The notes below the pieces were generated by a model that ran no database searches, was not told the origin of the DNA, and saw only the letters and a list, made by a program, of their open reading frames with translations. Positions 27,747 through 40,648 of a stretch of 64,000 bases of DNA are shown piece by piece. Positions within the stretch are counted from its first letter, which is position 1. The number at the start of each line of letters is the position of its first letter. The position numbers were made by a program, and so were the translations under genes. The stretch comes from Tubulanus polymorphus (Eukaryota > Animalia > Nemertea). The DNA lies in assembly GCF_964204645.1 (NCBI RefSeq), contig NC_134025.1:11718001-11782000 (forward strand). Reading direction: 5' to 3'.

Positions 27747-29382
27747 TTTCAGTCCGACACTGAATGGCTAAATTCACGACGTCCATTACTCGACATTCAG
27801 AAGTTTCCGCGCCGAATCCTGATAGTTCTATTATTTCGCGTCTAATAGGCTTTAAATCCAAGGAAGTGGCTAAATCTTGCGAAATAAACGACCGTTGCGA
27901 GCCGTCATCAAATACTAGGTTCGCTGATGCGCATGAATTCTCGACGTTAGGGACAAAAACGCTGACGACCGCGGTTTTCAGAAGTATTGCATTATCAGAA
28001 CTAGTAAACATTTGAGTTGTGCGATTACGACGCGGCGCGGGACGTGAAACAGTCCGAGGTATAGAGCGTGGAGCAGGACGTGGCACGGTATTGTTTACTG
28101 GCTGTATACCTGAGGCCTGTTGTTCATTCGACTTAAAAGTTTGACCTTGCATGTTGCTGTTCAAAATATCAGGACATATGCTACTGTGGTGCTTACGCTT
28201 GCAAGTTTTGCAATTAAATCGAGATGTACATGTAGCAATTCTATGAGGGCCTAGACAGTTATAGCACAAATTGTTGGTTTGTATAAAGGCAATGCGTTGG
28301 TCACGCGTTACAAACTCCCTGCAATTCCCCGTGTAATGATCGTTTGAACGACAAAAAGTACACGTGAATGATTTAGGTCCAAACCCGGGTGATGTGGAAG
28401 GTACAACACGATTTAAACTAGAATTTTGACCATTCGCCCCCTTTTGGGCAACTACTAAACTAAGGGATTTAACCCCATCGAATCCAGCTTCTAACACGTC
28501 GACTTCTTTCAATAAAAACAGTCTCAGTTCCGATAGAGTATACCTTTGATTACCGTTATAGCGCACAATACTACATCTAACGTTAGACGGAAGTTTATTC
28601 CAGATTAATGAAACAAGCATATCGCTGTAGGACATATCACCTAATGTTTCAAGAGACCTAATATGACACTCAATTCTATCTCGAAAATTTCGTAATGACG
28701 TCAGGTTATATGACGGTGCGGGTTCCGACATCAGAGCTTGCATGTGAGCATCAATGATAAGGTGCTCTTGGCCATAGCGTTGCGTTAAAATATCGATGGC
28801 GTGATGATAATTTGACTCAGTGAGAGTGAGTCCTTGTATTGAACTCAACGCTGATCCGGACAGAAGAGATTTCAGATATTGGAATTTCTGGACCGGTGCG
28901 ATATTTGAAACTGAATGGACTGCTGCAGCGAACGAATCCCAAAACGGTAACCAATTCATAATCTCCCCATTAAACTCTACCAATACTAATTTTGGCAAGT
29001 TGGTTCTGGGTGACGCAAGTTTAGAGGCATTGCTCATCGGTGGAGGCTCTACGGAATTATATGAGGAAATGTATTGTTCGTAAAACAACTTACGATCTAT
29101 CGCGTCTCCGATTACCGATTCCGCTTCATCTGCAATTGTCGCGTACAGGGTGTCGCACGTGACCATTTCCAACATGGAATCGTTGATGATTGACAGCTCA
29201 TGTATCTTATCTTCAAGCCTCTTGATTAAGCGCTGAAGTTTTTGCAGATCTGGAAGTTGAGCTGTCTGGGTATTGACGATTGTGTCTGCGTCTTTGCAGA
29301 TCTTAGTAACCTGTCCTCTTTGAGCAGATCTTTTCCGGAAGAGAGCCTGGTATTCGGACGAGTTGGTGACTTCTTCGCCCAT
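27747..29382 (-). CDS. BEL/Pao gag (three Cys/His knuckles) and protease N-part
   Basis: LPKLVLVEFNGEIMNWLPFWDSF, KFQYLKSLL, CTFC..H...C / CYNCLGPH...C / CKTCKRKHHSSIC, LLKTA, FDDGSQRSFI. Confidence 0.92.
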
Positions 29383-29431
29383 CTTGATCGCTGAATCCCT
29401 GTTTCCACTAATTGCTCGAGAGGGACCACAA

Positions 29432-29675
29432 TGTTGGTGAATGACTGTAATGGTACTGTGATCCTCTGGTTATTGGTAAGAGACAACGTAACAAGACCTG
29501 GTTACTGTATACTGACTGACTGGAAACATTTATTCGGAGCTTATATACAACAATTATGAAAGAGAGGATTATTTTGACATTTGAATGGTTTTGAGTTTGA
29601 ACAGTTTTGGTTGATTTGGTACCTGTAATATAATAGTATAGTACTGTAATATAAGCCTATATACAATTCCCGACA
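29432..29675 (-). repeat. BEL/Pao 5' LTR
   Basis: Direct repeat of 21735-21978. Confidence 0.95.
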
Positions 29676-29945
29676 ATCACCTATGTTGTCTTTTATAGTA
29701 CGATCATCTCCTTTATTTAGATTTTTAATCAAAGGTGTGACTCCCCAAACTTCGCTACCATATGTAATAATAGGTTTGATGAGACTGTTGAAGAGTTGCA
29801 GTTGTTGGATAATGCCTAAATTTCTAAAGCCAGGAATTTTTATGAGGTTGAATAATGCTCTAGATCCCTTTTTACCCAATGCATCTTGGAGACTATCCAG
29901 TTTACCATTACAGTGAATAGTAAAACCCAAATAATTATATTGATA
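29676..29945 (-). mobile_element. Upstream part of the 5'-truncated LINE split by the BEL element
   Basis: YNYLGFTIHCNG...KGSRALF...LFNSLIKPIITYGSEVWG; joins in frame (NIGD|IFKLC) with sequence from 21729 downward when the BEL element and one TSD are removed. Confidence 0.85.
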
Positions 29946-30121
29946 CGATATTGTAATTTAACTATAAAATATAGCTATAAAAAGAATATATATAGTACCT
30001 TGCTTGGGATGATCTAAGCAACAGTTCACCCCCTTCAAATACGAACCCCTGTGGAAGTGTCCCCCGGGCGCAAAACTGAGTGACATACCAATTCGGACTA
30101 GAATTAAATCCCGCTACGCTG

Positions 30122-30852
30122 CTAAAGTCTATCCCAGTGGTTATGATCGCGGCATTTCCACTCTCAAAGAGCCAGTATCAACAACAATTTAATTGATACT
30201 GACAGCTGTTACAGCAAGTGGTCAAACTCACCATGAGCATCGCTGACTCGCTGGACCCCAGCTGCTTGTTACTATAGTTACAGGCAAGAGTGAATAAAGA
30301 GCAAAACTTTTCGAAGCTTACACTAAGAAAATGGAGAAATTAGCAAGGAAAAATTAGTTTGAAGTCTTGTTGCATTCAAGAGTGAATATTTTCCGAGGAT
30401 ACCAAAGTCAATGTTTACATTAGAAAGTGTCAGAACTAATTTTCAAGTTGAAACATTATATTTGGACGGTGTGTAAGCAAAATAGCAACACAGAACGTAC
30501 GACTCATGAGATGATAATCAAATCCACAAATAGTCATTTGTTAACATATTTGCGCATGTCTAGCTTTGTTAAGTGCACAAAATAAGAAATTAATCCTCGA
30601 AATTCCATGCTTAAATACATTTTAAGTAATCGGTGTTCTTTGAGAATATACAAGAAGAAACCAAATCTAGAGGAATAAAGAGAAGTGAATGACCAGGATG
30701 TGAAAACTTTAGTATTATTCACTCTTGAATGTAGTAGTTGCCTGACCTCAGTTACTTGCAGGGTTGAGCATATAGAAACCACAGGGTTCCAGATCCGCGA
30801 TGATATGAACTGTTTGATGCACCGCGATCATAACCACTGGGATAGACTTTAG
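30122..30852. mobile_element. MITE with ~30-bp TIRs
   Basis: ctaaagtctatcccagtggttatgatcgcgg ... ccgcgatcataaccactgggatagactttag. Confidence 0.75.
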
Positions 30853-31322
30853 TGCCCGGATCTTTACTGGGTCGATAACCAAAAGCTACTATTGAAAAAA
30901 AAAATCAGAACTGGTCGACTGGGTACAACGGACAAAACAAAACCATAGATAAACTTTCGTTTTGGAGTCGGAACCTGAACTAATTGCAAAAAACGCACCC
31001 CATTCGAGATAGCGTCTGTCGGCTACAGAAACTCTCAGGTGGCCCTGGCCTTTGTGTACAATCATTTCCATAAAATTCGAATCATCAACCTGAAATCTTT
31101 TAATATTGAAAGGGGCTGGATTCAATGAGTCTTTAAACCGTATCTTAGGATCGCGCCACAGGAAGGAATGTATCCTTCCCCAATATCATCTCTGGGCACA
31201 AACCGTGCATTCTAGACTGGATTTGTTGATGTGATGCGTATTTTGTTCCCCTCACCTCCGGTAAGACTTAATAAAATACAGATATTGACTATGACGAGGT
31301 GCATCTTTTATTTTCTTCACTA

Positions 31323-31357
31323 CAAGACGTTTTGGCCTTCAAGCCTTCATCAATTGA
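31323..31357 (-). ncRNA. Degenerate minimal type-I hammerhead ribozyme in PLE pseudo-LTR
   Basis: Minus strand CAA-UUGAUGA-A-GGC-UUGAAG-GCC-AAAA-CGUC-UUG. Layout and position fit PLE hammerheads, but the core has C3U and G12A deviations. Confidence 0.5.
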
Positions 31358-31514
31358 GAATTGAATTAGACGGTTGAAGCAACAATACATCGTTGATAAG
31401 GAAACATTATACCCGCAAATAAAATACAAATATGGAATTTTCAACATGAGAATGAATGGATTAACAAGTACGAGCTTTCACAGATATATTATACATAGTA
31501 ATAATGATAATCAA

Positions 31515-31583
<69 letters not shown>

Positions 31584-31622
31584 TATTATTATTATTATAA
31601 TAAAAATAATAGTAGTAGTAGT
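31515..31622. repeat. (AAT)n/(ATT)n microsatellite in PLE 3' region
   Basis: Direct read. Confidence 0.9.
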
Positions 31623-31729
31623 CATATGAAATACTGACCTAACACCAATAACGATAACAATAATGTACCACAAGAGACAATTTATCAGATGGGGATTTCA
31701 TTTAAATATCGACATAAACTGAATTAGAA

Positions 31730-33490
31730 TTATCTACGATAGGTATCATCTTCGAGATTAAGGCCGCAGGGGGACAACGTATTAAGTTTGTGGATGTAGA
31801 ATGATTCCTTGAGGCGACGTTCAGAAGTAGATTCTACGCTTTCAATGGCAGTAACCGAGATATCTGACAGGCTGTGATTGTTTGAATTGAAATGTTGTGC
31901 AACGAGGGTGTTAGTGTGATTTTTGGTGATAGAATAAAGATGCTCCCTGAATCTATCACCTAATCTTCGTCCTGTTTCACCGATATATTTGATATCACAT
32001 TTGAGGCAAATGAGGCAATAAATGACGTTAGCACTAACGCATGAGAAGGACTGTTTTATACGGACGGATGAATGGCTCCCCACGATAGATTCAATATTAC
32101 CTATTACATGATCACATGTTTTACAAATTCTGCGTTGACAAGGGAAAGTGCCAGGAATTTCACATTCCTTATTTAGTTTAGTACGCACGAGCTTACTCCC
32201 AATACATCTGTCATTTTTGAAGCAGGTAAGGAGGTAACTGTCAAAAAGGTGTCCAATGTCATTGTCCTCGGATAGAATGTGAAAGTTACGTTTGATGGCA
32301 CGTGCGACTTTAGAACTATATTGATTGAATGTAAGAACTAGAGGAATTTTATGTTCGGAGCTTTTCACGGTTGTGGTCAGAGTGGTAGATCTTTCTATTC
32401 TACGGCATTTGTCAAGAGCTCTTGATAGGAGATTTTCAGGATAGCCACGTTCAGAGAAAAATATTCTCATGTCGTTAGATTTAATTTTGAAGTCCTGATT
32501 GTCAGAACAAATACGCCTTAGTCGCAAGAATTGGCTAAATGGTATGCTATTGATACATTTAGATGGATGGTTTGAATCATATCGAAGATAGCTGTGTGAG
32601 TCGGTGTTTTTATAGTGGACTGACGTTTCAATTTTGTTCGGTCCAACACTAAATATGGTGTCAAGAAAAACCTCGGATGTATCAGATATGGAGTGAGTTA
32701 CTTCGATGGACCTATGAAAGCTATTGAAACTTTCGATAAAGTTTTCCAAATTCTCGCGTGACATATCGGTTTTACCCGCAACATCGTCAATAAATCTAAC
32801 ATAAATGTCCGGTATGGGGCCTTGGAAGCTATCGAAAAAGCATTTCTCAAGATGCCCCATGAAAATATTAGCGTAAACAGGCCCAAATCGAGTTCCCATG
32901 CTAACTCCCGATACTTGGTCGTAAAAACGACCATTAAATTCAAAACAATTTCTTGTGAGCACCAGTTCAGCAAGACGCAAAATAGTGACAGTAGGTATAA
33001 CTGGGTTGCGGTTAAGATCTAAGTAATATTTGAGGGCACGGAGGCCATCAGCATGGGGAATGTTAGTATATAAGGATTTTACATCCATGGTAAATAATAG
33101 CGTATTTTCGGAAACAGGTACATCCTTAATTAAATTGAGAAAATGGGTAGTATCCCTTACATATGATGGTAGTGTGGTGACAATATGTTGGAGGTGATCA
33201 CTTAAAAAGTGTGAGATTCTTTCAGTCGGGCAAGAACATGCTGACACAATCGGTCGGCCGGGATTGTTAAGTTTGTGAATTTTAGGAAGCATATAAAATA
33301 TACTACACCTGGGTACATTATTGATAAGCGATGCAGCCGTTTCAGGTAGATTGCCTAAATTAATTTCTTGTTTTATAATAGTAGCAATATAGTCATTGTT
33401 TTCGATAGTTTTATCGGTTGATAGTTCCACATAAAAGTTCGAGTCTCTGAGTTGACGTTCAGCTTCATTTATGTATAGTCCTTCTGCCAA
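31730..33490 (-). CDS. Penelope-like RT and GIY-YIG endonuclease
   Basis: LPKIHK..PGRPIVS, DVKSLYTNIP, GVSMG, RFIDD, FLD, SNHP, IPFSQFLRLRRICS, VIYCLICLKC..YIGETGRRLGDRFREH. Confidence 0.93.
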   Translation of the reverse strand: MAEGLYINEAERQLRDSNFYVELSTDKTIENNDYIATIIKQEINLGNLPETAASLINNVPRCSIFYMLPKIHKLNNPGRPIVSACSCPTERISHFLSDHLQHIVTTLPSYVRDTTHFLNLIKDVPVSENTLLFTMDVKSLYTNIPHADGLRALKYYLDLNRNPVIPTVTILRLAELVLTRNCFEFNGRFYDQVSGVSMGTRFGPVYANIFMGHLEKCFFDSFQGPIPDIYVRFIDDVAGKTDMSRENLENFIESFNSFHRSIEVTHSISDTSEVFLDTIFSVGPNKIETSVHYKNTDSHSYLRYDSNHPSKCINSIPFSQFLRLRRICSDNQDFKIKSNDMRIFFSERGYPENLLSRALDKCRRIERSTTLTTTVKSSEHKIPLVLTFNQYSSKVARAIKRNFHILSEDNDIGHLFDSYLLTCFKNDRCIGSKLVRTKLNKECEIPGTFPCQRRICKTCDHVIGNIESIVGSHSSVRIKQSFSCVSANVIYCLICLKCDIKYIGETGRRLGDRFREHLYSITKNHTNTLVAQHFNSNNHSLSDISVTAIESVESTSERRLKESFYIHKLNTLSPCGLNLEDDTYRR

Positions 33491-34518
33491 ACTACTATGG
33501 CACCACCTTTGTCTGCTTTCTTGATGACTAAATCTTCTCTGGTTTGCAACCTTTTTAGTGCTGTCTGTTCATCACGAGTCATGTTAGTCTTTTTGGATCG
33601 TGGTGTCTGGATCTGTTCAATTGAATTTTGGCATGTCCTGATGAAATTTGTGATAGCTGTAGGAGTGTCTTCGGGAATCCATATGCTCTGCTTTTTAGGT
33701 TTGTATTTATTGAAGATGGAGGGATCGTCATCGATGTTGTTCAGGTGTTTGTCACGGATGGTTTTGTTGGGATCATTAAAGTGAGCATGTAATTTCAATC
33801 TTCTGTAAAATTCGTTGACCTGGACCTTCGTGGTTGAAACTTCAGGCTGAGGAGTGGGAATGAATTTGAGACCTTTCGAAAGCACAGATCTTTCATTGTT
33901 CGACAATTCAAGGTCTTCTGGTATAGTCACAACTAGTTTCGTTTGACTGACATTTGTAGAGTTAGTTTTCGGTTGAAGTGCTTTTAGTTTGGTGTGTTTA
34001 GTCCGTTTTAGATCTTCGTAGAGTAGGTTGTTCAAATTCCGGATAAGTTGCTTGATGGTATAAAATAGGTTGGTATCAGTAGTTTCAGATAAATGTTGAC
34101 GGGATGATGAGATTGTTTCGTTTATACCTAGGATCTTTCGCTCGAATTCCTTGATGGCGGTACGCATTAATTCTCGAGAACATCTAGTCGTAATTTTGTT
34201 GATTTGAGATTGGTACATACCCGTGCGATGGATTAAGAAACCTTTTGGGATGATACGTTGGTGTAAACAGTCTCTTAGGAAACTGACGTGGCTGCAAAAT
34301 CTCGTTTTCTTGAAGATCACATTTCCGTACACGTTGATTTGGCTTCTGATATCTGGTTGTTTGCTCTGCGCGAATATTGCCAGTCTTCGGTGTATGTTCT
34401 TCAAGATCTTCATTTGAGGGAACGGTTGTTGTTGATTTGTTGATGTGATGCGTATTTTGTTCCCCTCACCTCCGGTAAGACTTAATAAAATACAGATATT
34501 GACTATGACGAGGTGCAT
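33469..34518 (-). CDS. Penelope-like ORF N-terminal part (frameshifted relative to RT)
   Basis: FLRDCLHQRIIPKG, LSKGLKFIPTP, EFYRRLKLHAHF, VIKKADKGGAIVVW; frameshift near 33480. Confidence 0.85.
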   Translation of the reverse strand: MHLVIVNICILLSLTGGEGNKIRITSTNQQQPFPQMKILKNIHRRLAIFAQSKQPDIRSQINVYGNVIFKKTRFCSHVSFLRDCLHQRIIPKGFLIHRTGMYQSQINKITTRCSRELMRTAIKEFERKILGINETISSSRQHLSETTDTNLFYTIKQLIRNLNNLLYEDLKRTKHTKLKALQPKTNSTNVSQTKLVVTIPEDLELSNNERSVLSKGLKFIPTPQPEVSTTKVQVNEFYRRLKLHAHFNDPNKTIRDKHLNNIDDDPSIFNKYKPKKQSIWIPEDTPTAITNFIRTCQNSIEQIQTPRSKKTNMTRDEQTALKRLQTREDLVIKKADKGGAIVVWQKDYT

Positions 34519-34607
34519 CTTTTATTTTCTTCACTACAAGACGTAGTGAAGAAAATAAAAGATGCACCTCGTCATAGTCAATATCTGTATTTTATTAATT
34601 CTAGACT

Positions 34608-34765
34608 GGAGACCGGTGATACTACTGCTACCCCGATACCACTGATACCAGTGATACTGCCCGATCCTTCTGGAGACCGGTGATACTACTGCTACCCCGA
34701 TACCACTGTTACCAGTGATACTGTCCGATCCTCTCAGAGACCGATGATACTACTGATACCAGTGT
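34608..34765. repeat. Short tandem repeat, ~65-bp unit, ~2.5 copies
   Basis: gagaccggtgatactactgctaccccgataccactg repeated at 34609, 34673 and partially at 34738. Confidence 0.8.
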
Positions 34766-36526
34766 TGCTACGGATGCTTTCGGCCCGTGTTGTATGCGGT
34801 GGTCCTGTTCTCACTGTATTGTCCCATGGCGCCCTCTACATAGCCGCCATCTTGAAACGGTGTTCTGGTACACCACCGAACAACCGACTAGGCTGTGTAC
34901 CTTACAGGAAAATATGTTGCGATGTAAACACCATAATAAGTTCGTTAGTTTAGTAGGCAATTCTAATCGATGTAATTAATCACGGCGTTATGCGTTATCT
35001 GGCGTTACAATCAAACAAGATAAAATCAATAAGATTTATTCATATTCTATGCGATAAAGAATATATATACGTTTATTTTTCATTTTACAGTACCGTTCAA
35101 AATCAAACATTTGTGCGGGAGATCGACTAAATCTTCTCCATCATGAATTGTTCTTTGAAATTAATGTTCGTTGTGTGCGCAGTGTTTTAATCGTTGAGGC
35201 GGCGCCGGCCGAAAAAAAGCTCGACTTACGGTAAATGTTCTCATAGCAAATGAGTTATGTCATCATCAAGTAGTCACGATCTTATAAGTATTCAAGTAAG
35301 ATACAGTGATCAGTGACACTGTATTTCGGTAAGCCTAATACACATTTTCTTAAAATCTTTTATATTCTTTTTCAACATCCAATTTGTTGACGTGACGTGA
35401 ATTATAGAATTATTACCCTTAACAAAAAATGGTCGGTCCCTTCCGGACCGAGCCAGGAGGTAGGCTTTCAGTGCAGATGTTGTGTATGAAAAGATCTAAC
35501 TGCTAAACGAGAAAGTATACGGAGTGAAGATCAGATACAAAGTAGGGTTTCGGTCGGGTCTTTATTTTGAATGAATTAATCTATTTATTTCATTGGTCGT
35601 CAGTATGGCATAGCTGGTTCGTTGACGTGATCCGCGTTAAAATATAGGCATGCGGAACATGCAGCAGCGAGTGGAGATATCAAATTTTCTGTAAATTCAT
35701 ATTTGAAAACGCGAACAGGCGCTGAATGAACTCGAAATAAACCAGATGATTGGCGGCCAAGCACTCAACCACATCGTCGCATATACGTACCTACGAGCAA
35801 TCATCTCAAGAGACGATTGCTCGTAGCATATACCAGTGATTATAACTGTATTCACGTATGTTTTGACGTGTCGAACAGCATTTAACCTTGGAGTAATCAG
35901 ACTGATACTCCCAAGATTTAACCGACATATCCCAGTTTTCATTGCTTATGTTGGCGCGCATCGAATTTGTCACACGTGGCGGACGTTTTTGTTTGCTAAA
36001 CCAAAGAATATATACATGTATTCATTTCTTTTGTGCTAATATTGACGGGATGTTGAGCTAGAAGTTGTAGTCGTCAACTGGCGAGTGTGACTGATGGCAT
36101 TTCCGAAGAGCTTTATCAGTCTCATAACAGATGTTGCATTTTCTAGCAGATGCGGATATACAGATGGTGTCGAGTGCGTTGGGCTTTTTAGACCAGTATC
36201 GGCGCTGAGCCCAGTGATGAAAAAGCAACGCGACATTATGTCGTCTGCAGAACATTCAAGCGCAAGAACAGCCAACCCTCGATAACAGCAGCGTACTTTT
36301 GTTTTTCGCACAATGGAATCTAATTCTTTTTCGTAGTGCGAATGAAAATCTCGCGACCGGGCATCCACACGACACCAAAAAGCGTTGTTTCAGAATCGAA
36401 CGACTTCAAGCGCCCGACTTAATTCAGAGGCATTAGCTCCGACCGATTCCTCAAGATTCGAAAACTTGTACTATCAAAAATACATATTTTTGATATTATT
36501 CATAACTTATTTGCAGGGTAAAAAGA

Positions 36527-37074
36527 CTAATGTCTATTTATTAATTGATGAGACCTGTTTTTCTTGGATATTTTGCTTACTTTTTGGGGTACATACCTCA
36601 TTTATGTCTTAACAGAATGCCAAAAGTCGCGGACAACAACTGAATATCCGATATATTTCCAGTTCTGTACCAATTAGATGGATTGGCAAAAAGACTCCTT
36701 AAGTCCAATTGAATGAGAGAGAAAATCCTCCATTTTGTGAAATTTCTTGAATTTTTACATTGTCACCATGCCTACGAAATGAAGTTATTTTTCTTGTGGG
36801 GTCTCAACAACTAAATCAGGGTGGCGTAGGCATGGTAACAATGTTCAAATCCAAGAAATTTGACAAAATGGAGGATTTTCTCTCTCATTAAACTGGACTT
36901 AAGGAGTCTTTTTGCCAATCCATCTAATTGGTACAGAACTGGAAATATATCAGATATTCAGTTGTTGTCCGCGATTTTTGGCATTCTGTTAAGACATAAA
37001 TGAGGTATGTACCCCAAAAAGTAAGCAAAATATCCCAGAAAAACAGGTCTCATCAATTAATAAATAGACATTAG
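36527..37074. mobile_element. Near-palindromic (foldback) MITE, ~250-bp arms
   Basis: 36527-~36776 is the reverse complement of ~36825-37074 with a ~50-bp spacer. Confidence 0.85.
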
Positions 37075-38716
37075 CAACCGGTGCTGATTGTATTGTGATT
37101 GGGCAAAGTGAATTCGATGGCTGTGATCTGTGCGTCTGTAAAGCGGGACTGAAATTCGTCTGCACACCGTTAATTCGACCGTGTACACCGAAGGTTTAAA
37201 AATAAATTCGCAGCATTGAAGTCAATTTAACCTTGATCACTTTATAATTATCTAAATACAGCACCATTTACCAAGAAACATGTTTATATACTCTATCTAT
37301 GTCATAGCCGTTGGCAAATTCATCTTTCATTCCATCTTGATCTTTAATCATCTATTCCTCAACAAAACACATCTTCATGGAGCACAGAATATTAACACTT
37401 TTAACATGAGTGTATAAGTAAATAGCCCAATCGGCGTCAAAAATCTATTCACCGATTGTGTATATATATGACTGACATTCCATAGCATAACTGAATTTCA
37501 ATATGCTACAGAATATTTTAGACAGTGGAACCGCTCCATGATACTTGAAAATGTGTTTGTGAATAAAGAACTGATAATTAATTACAGATTCGTTAATTTG
37601 CGTTTTGTTGGCGCACATACAGAATTTATGCTTTTCTTGGTCTTATATGCATAATTTTGTCAAAATCAGACAAGATTTTATGTATTTATGTAATCAGAAT
37701 CCGGAATGGATTTTTAAATCACATGGATGATGGTGTGGGAACGCTACCGAATGGAAATCGATCAGTGTTATTTAAACAACGAAGCTTATCGTATTGTCTC
37801 CGTTTGCACATGTTATGTTTCCGAGCGAAATTGTTCGTGTTCCTACGTAGTTTAATCGCGCGGTGAGCTGTTACTTCACTTTTTAACCCAATCACAGATT
37901 CCGGAGAAATGGTTCAGTGCGAAATGGCGTGATATCGAACGACTGTCAGTGACGGATTTATGCGCTGGGGCATACGGCTCTTTTTCAACAAGAGTCCTTT
38001 AATTTTTTTATTAATTTTTAATCAGAAAAGAAATTTACAATTGATAGTTTATCTACACTCGAACAACATACATGTACTTTGTCTGGTACGATTATGGTAA
38101 AACATGCCATCAAATGAATGATGACTAACAACGAAAAGAACAAACACATAGGTTCCAAACAGTACTGAAATGAAATACCGCCAACCCGATGCGACGTTTA
38201 GACAATTTCACGAAAGTACCAGTTTTCAGGGTCGATATATCCGCAAAATTGACTGAAAAGTGTTTTGTAAGGTTTTCCTAGCCATGTTCAATAAAAAAGA
38301 AAGACGGGAACTTACCTAACTGTACAGTACAATTTGTGCTGGTGGAGTCTCAGACTCCACCAGAATACGTTTTAACACTTGTTTACGATTTCCCTCTAGA
38401 GCATCGCAGTCAGCTTCTGTTAAAAAGGACATACCCATTTTCTGTGTGTGGCAATCATAATTTACAACCATACATATAGTTTGGGTTTTGAAGATCATTA
38501 ACTATGAAAGGCCGCATTTGGATGGAGGTTCGGGAGTCCCTGCCCTCTCGGATGTATAAATTTCTTCAAAAATATCTAAAACCGAGGGTGAAACCACGCG
38601 GAACCCCAATAAAGACCTTTTACTTGGTTGCTTTTCTTTTCTTTTGTACCCCGGTTTTCTAATTTTCCTAATGTTACGGTAGAAATTACCAAATTCTGAC
38701 CACACGAAAACTATCA

Positions 38717-39029
<313 letters not shown>

Positions 39030-40478
39030 TGTATAAAGGAGACATTCACATTTATTCGAAACGACTATAAAAACTGGCCACGTCACGCGCAGGTCTCCTT
39101 TATATACCCAATTGGTCAGGTGACCGAGTCCTGCGAGTGACGTGAACCATTCATACATATCATAATACATGTATAACAGAATCAGCGATCGTATCATATT
39201 TAATATGAACCATCCGCATATAACACCGAAGAGTTCATTTTTTTCTTGAGTTGCGCGCGGCCGCTGATGAGCGACATGGTGAGCTGGCGGGCGTTAGGCC
39301 CAACAGATTCATTTTTCTCAGAACGAACGATACGTTGCGGCAATAAAGAAGTTCCCAGTCTCTCATTGCATTCAAAAATCCCAAGAATCACCGGCAATCT
39401 GCACTTCATTTCCTTTAAAATGGTAAATGAATTAATCAGTTGCTTGGTGGGAATCTATAATCCCTCGAAGAATCGAACCGAAAACCAGCAAGCACAGCGC
39501 GGGACGAGGATAGGAAAAGGAGATTTAAGTGAGACATTAATATCTTAATTTCTTAACTCTTTCCACTGGTGATAATGATAAACGATACCATGTTAATGAA
39601 AGGTGATTTATTTTCGCAATAAATATTGCCAACAAAGTTGAAAGTGTGCTTGCAAAATATTTGAGGAAATAAAATCTGAGAGTGACCAGCTGAAATTTAA
39701 GTACAGCAACGTTGCCAGTGTTTTTTGAGTCCCTATGAATAAGTTAAAGATGCAAAATGTGTAATAAGTCAGTGTATCCTGTTATCCTGTATCATGTATC
39801 CTGTTGATTCTGTTATTAATTACTTGTGGTCAGATATGCGCAAGCAGAAATTTGACTGTGTTCTAGGTCAACGCTCTGTTCGTCATGCATCGTTTTGTGG
39901 ATAGCTTCAAAATAACTCCTCTGCAATCTCAATAAGATTTGGCTTCACATATTGACTGCAACTGAAGTTATTGGCCTTTTTCTGAGGGACCGATTTTTTG
40001 AAATACTGTATGATTGTGGTGATTTCAAGTTCATTGATTTTTGTATATGATCACCAGGGGGCTTGGAATAGCGGAATAATAGTAATACATGTATGATAGA
40101 ATTCATTCGTCAATATATGTACAAGATTTTTTATTAATGTTGCTTTGACATCCACCGGTCCTAAATAATTGAAAGGACATCCCCAAGCTTAAAGGCTGTA
40201 CCAAAAAGGGGGAATGCCCAAGAAAAAGTGAACTTAGTATTTCCATAATATATTGGTACCTAGGGATACTTACAATCAATTGCAAAATTGTAGATCAGGA
40301 TATGTTCTATGATTGTGGCGAGTTTCAAGGTCATTGGTTTCAGTATATGATCACTAGGGGGCATTAAATATTAAAATTGTCAAGATTGTTGCGCATTTCA
40401 ACTCACTTATTAGTGGGCATGATTTCCCTAGACCCCCGGTAAATAACTAGGGGTTATCACTTTTGTTTTCTAGTATAC

Positions 40479-40648
40479 AGTGGGACCTCGTTACAATGAA
40501 CTTCCAGAAAATATGTTCGTTATGACCGTTAAATCCAGTGTGAAATTGATTAAATTTTCTTATTTGGGACGAAATTCCGTATTTGTTATATTCGATGAAT
40601 AGTTTTACATGTATCCAAGTTCATTATATTTAACGAGGTTCCACTGGA
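40479..40648. mobile_element. Tc1/mariner-type MITE
   Basis: ta-cagtgggacctcgtta ... taacgaggttccactg TIRs. Confidence 0.55.

Larger units (their letters stand above)
21735..29675 (-). mobile_element. Full-length BEL/Pao LTR retrotransposon
   Basis: Apparently identical 244-bp LTRs (TGT...ACA) at 21735-21978 and 29432-29675; 5-bp TSD ATCAC at 21730-21734 and 29676-29680; PBS-like tggtccctctcgag after the 5' LTR; PPT ccccggagaa before the 3' LTR; gag-PR-RT-RH-IN order. Confidence 0.95.
31222..34597 (-). mobile_element. Full-length Penelope-like retroelement (RT + GIY-YIG) with pseudo-LTR and inverted 5' end
   Basis: Direct repeat 31220-31330 = 34434-34543; inverted copy 34544-34597; flanking duplication ATTCTAGACTGGA at 31209-31221 and 34598-34610. 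Confidence 0.92.

Noticed and set aside
36036-36420. Cys-containing short ORFs (CNICYETDKALRKCH)
   Set aside because: Too short and frame-broken to assign; may be decayed transposon sequence.
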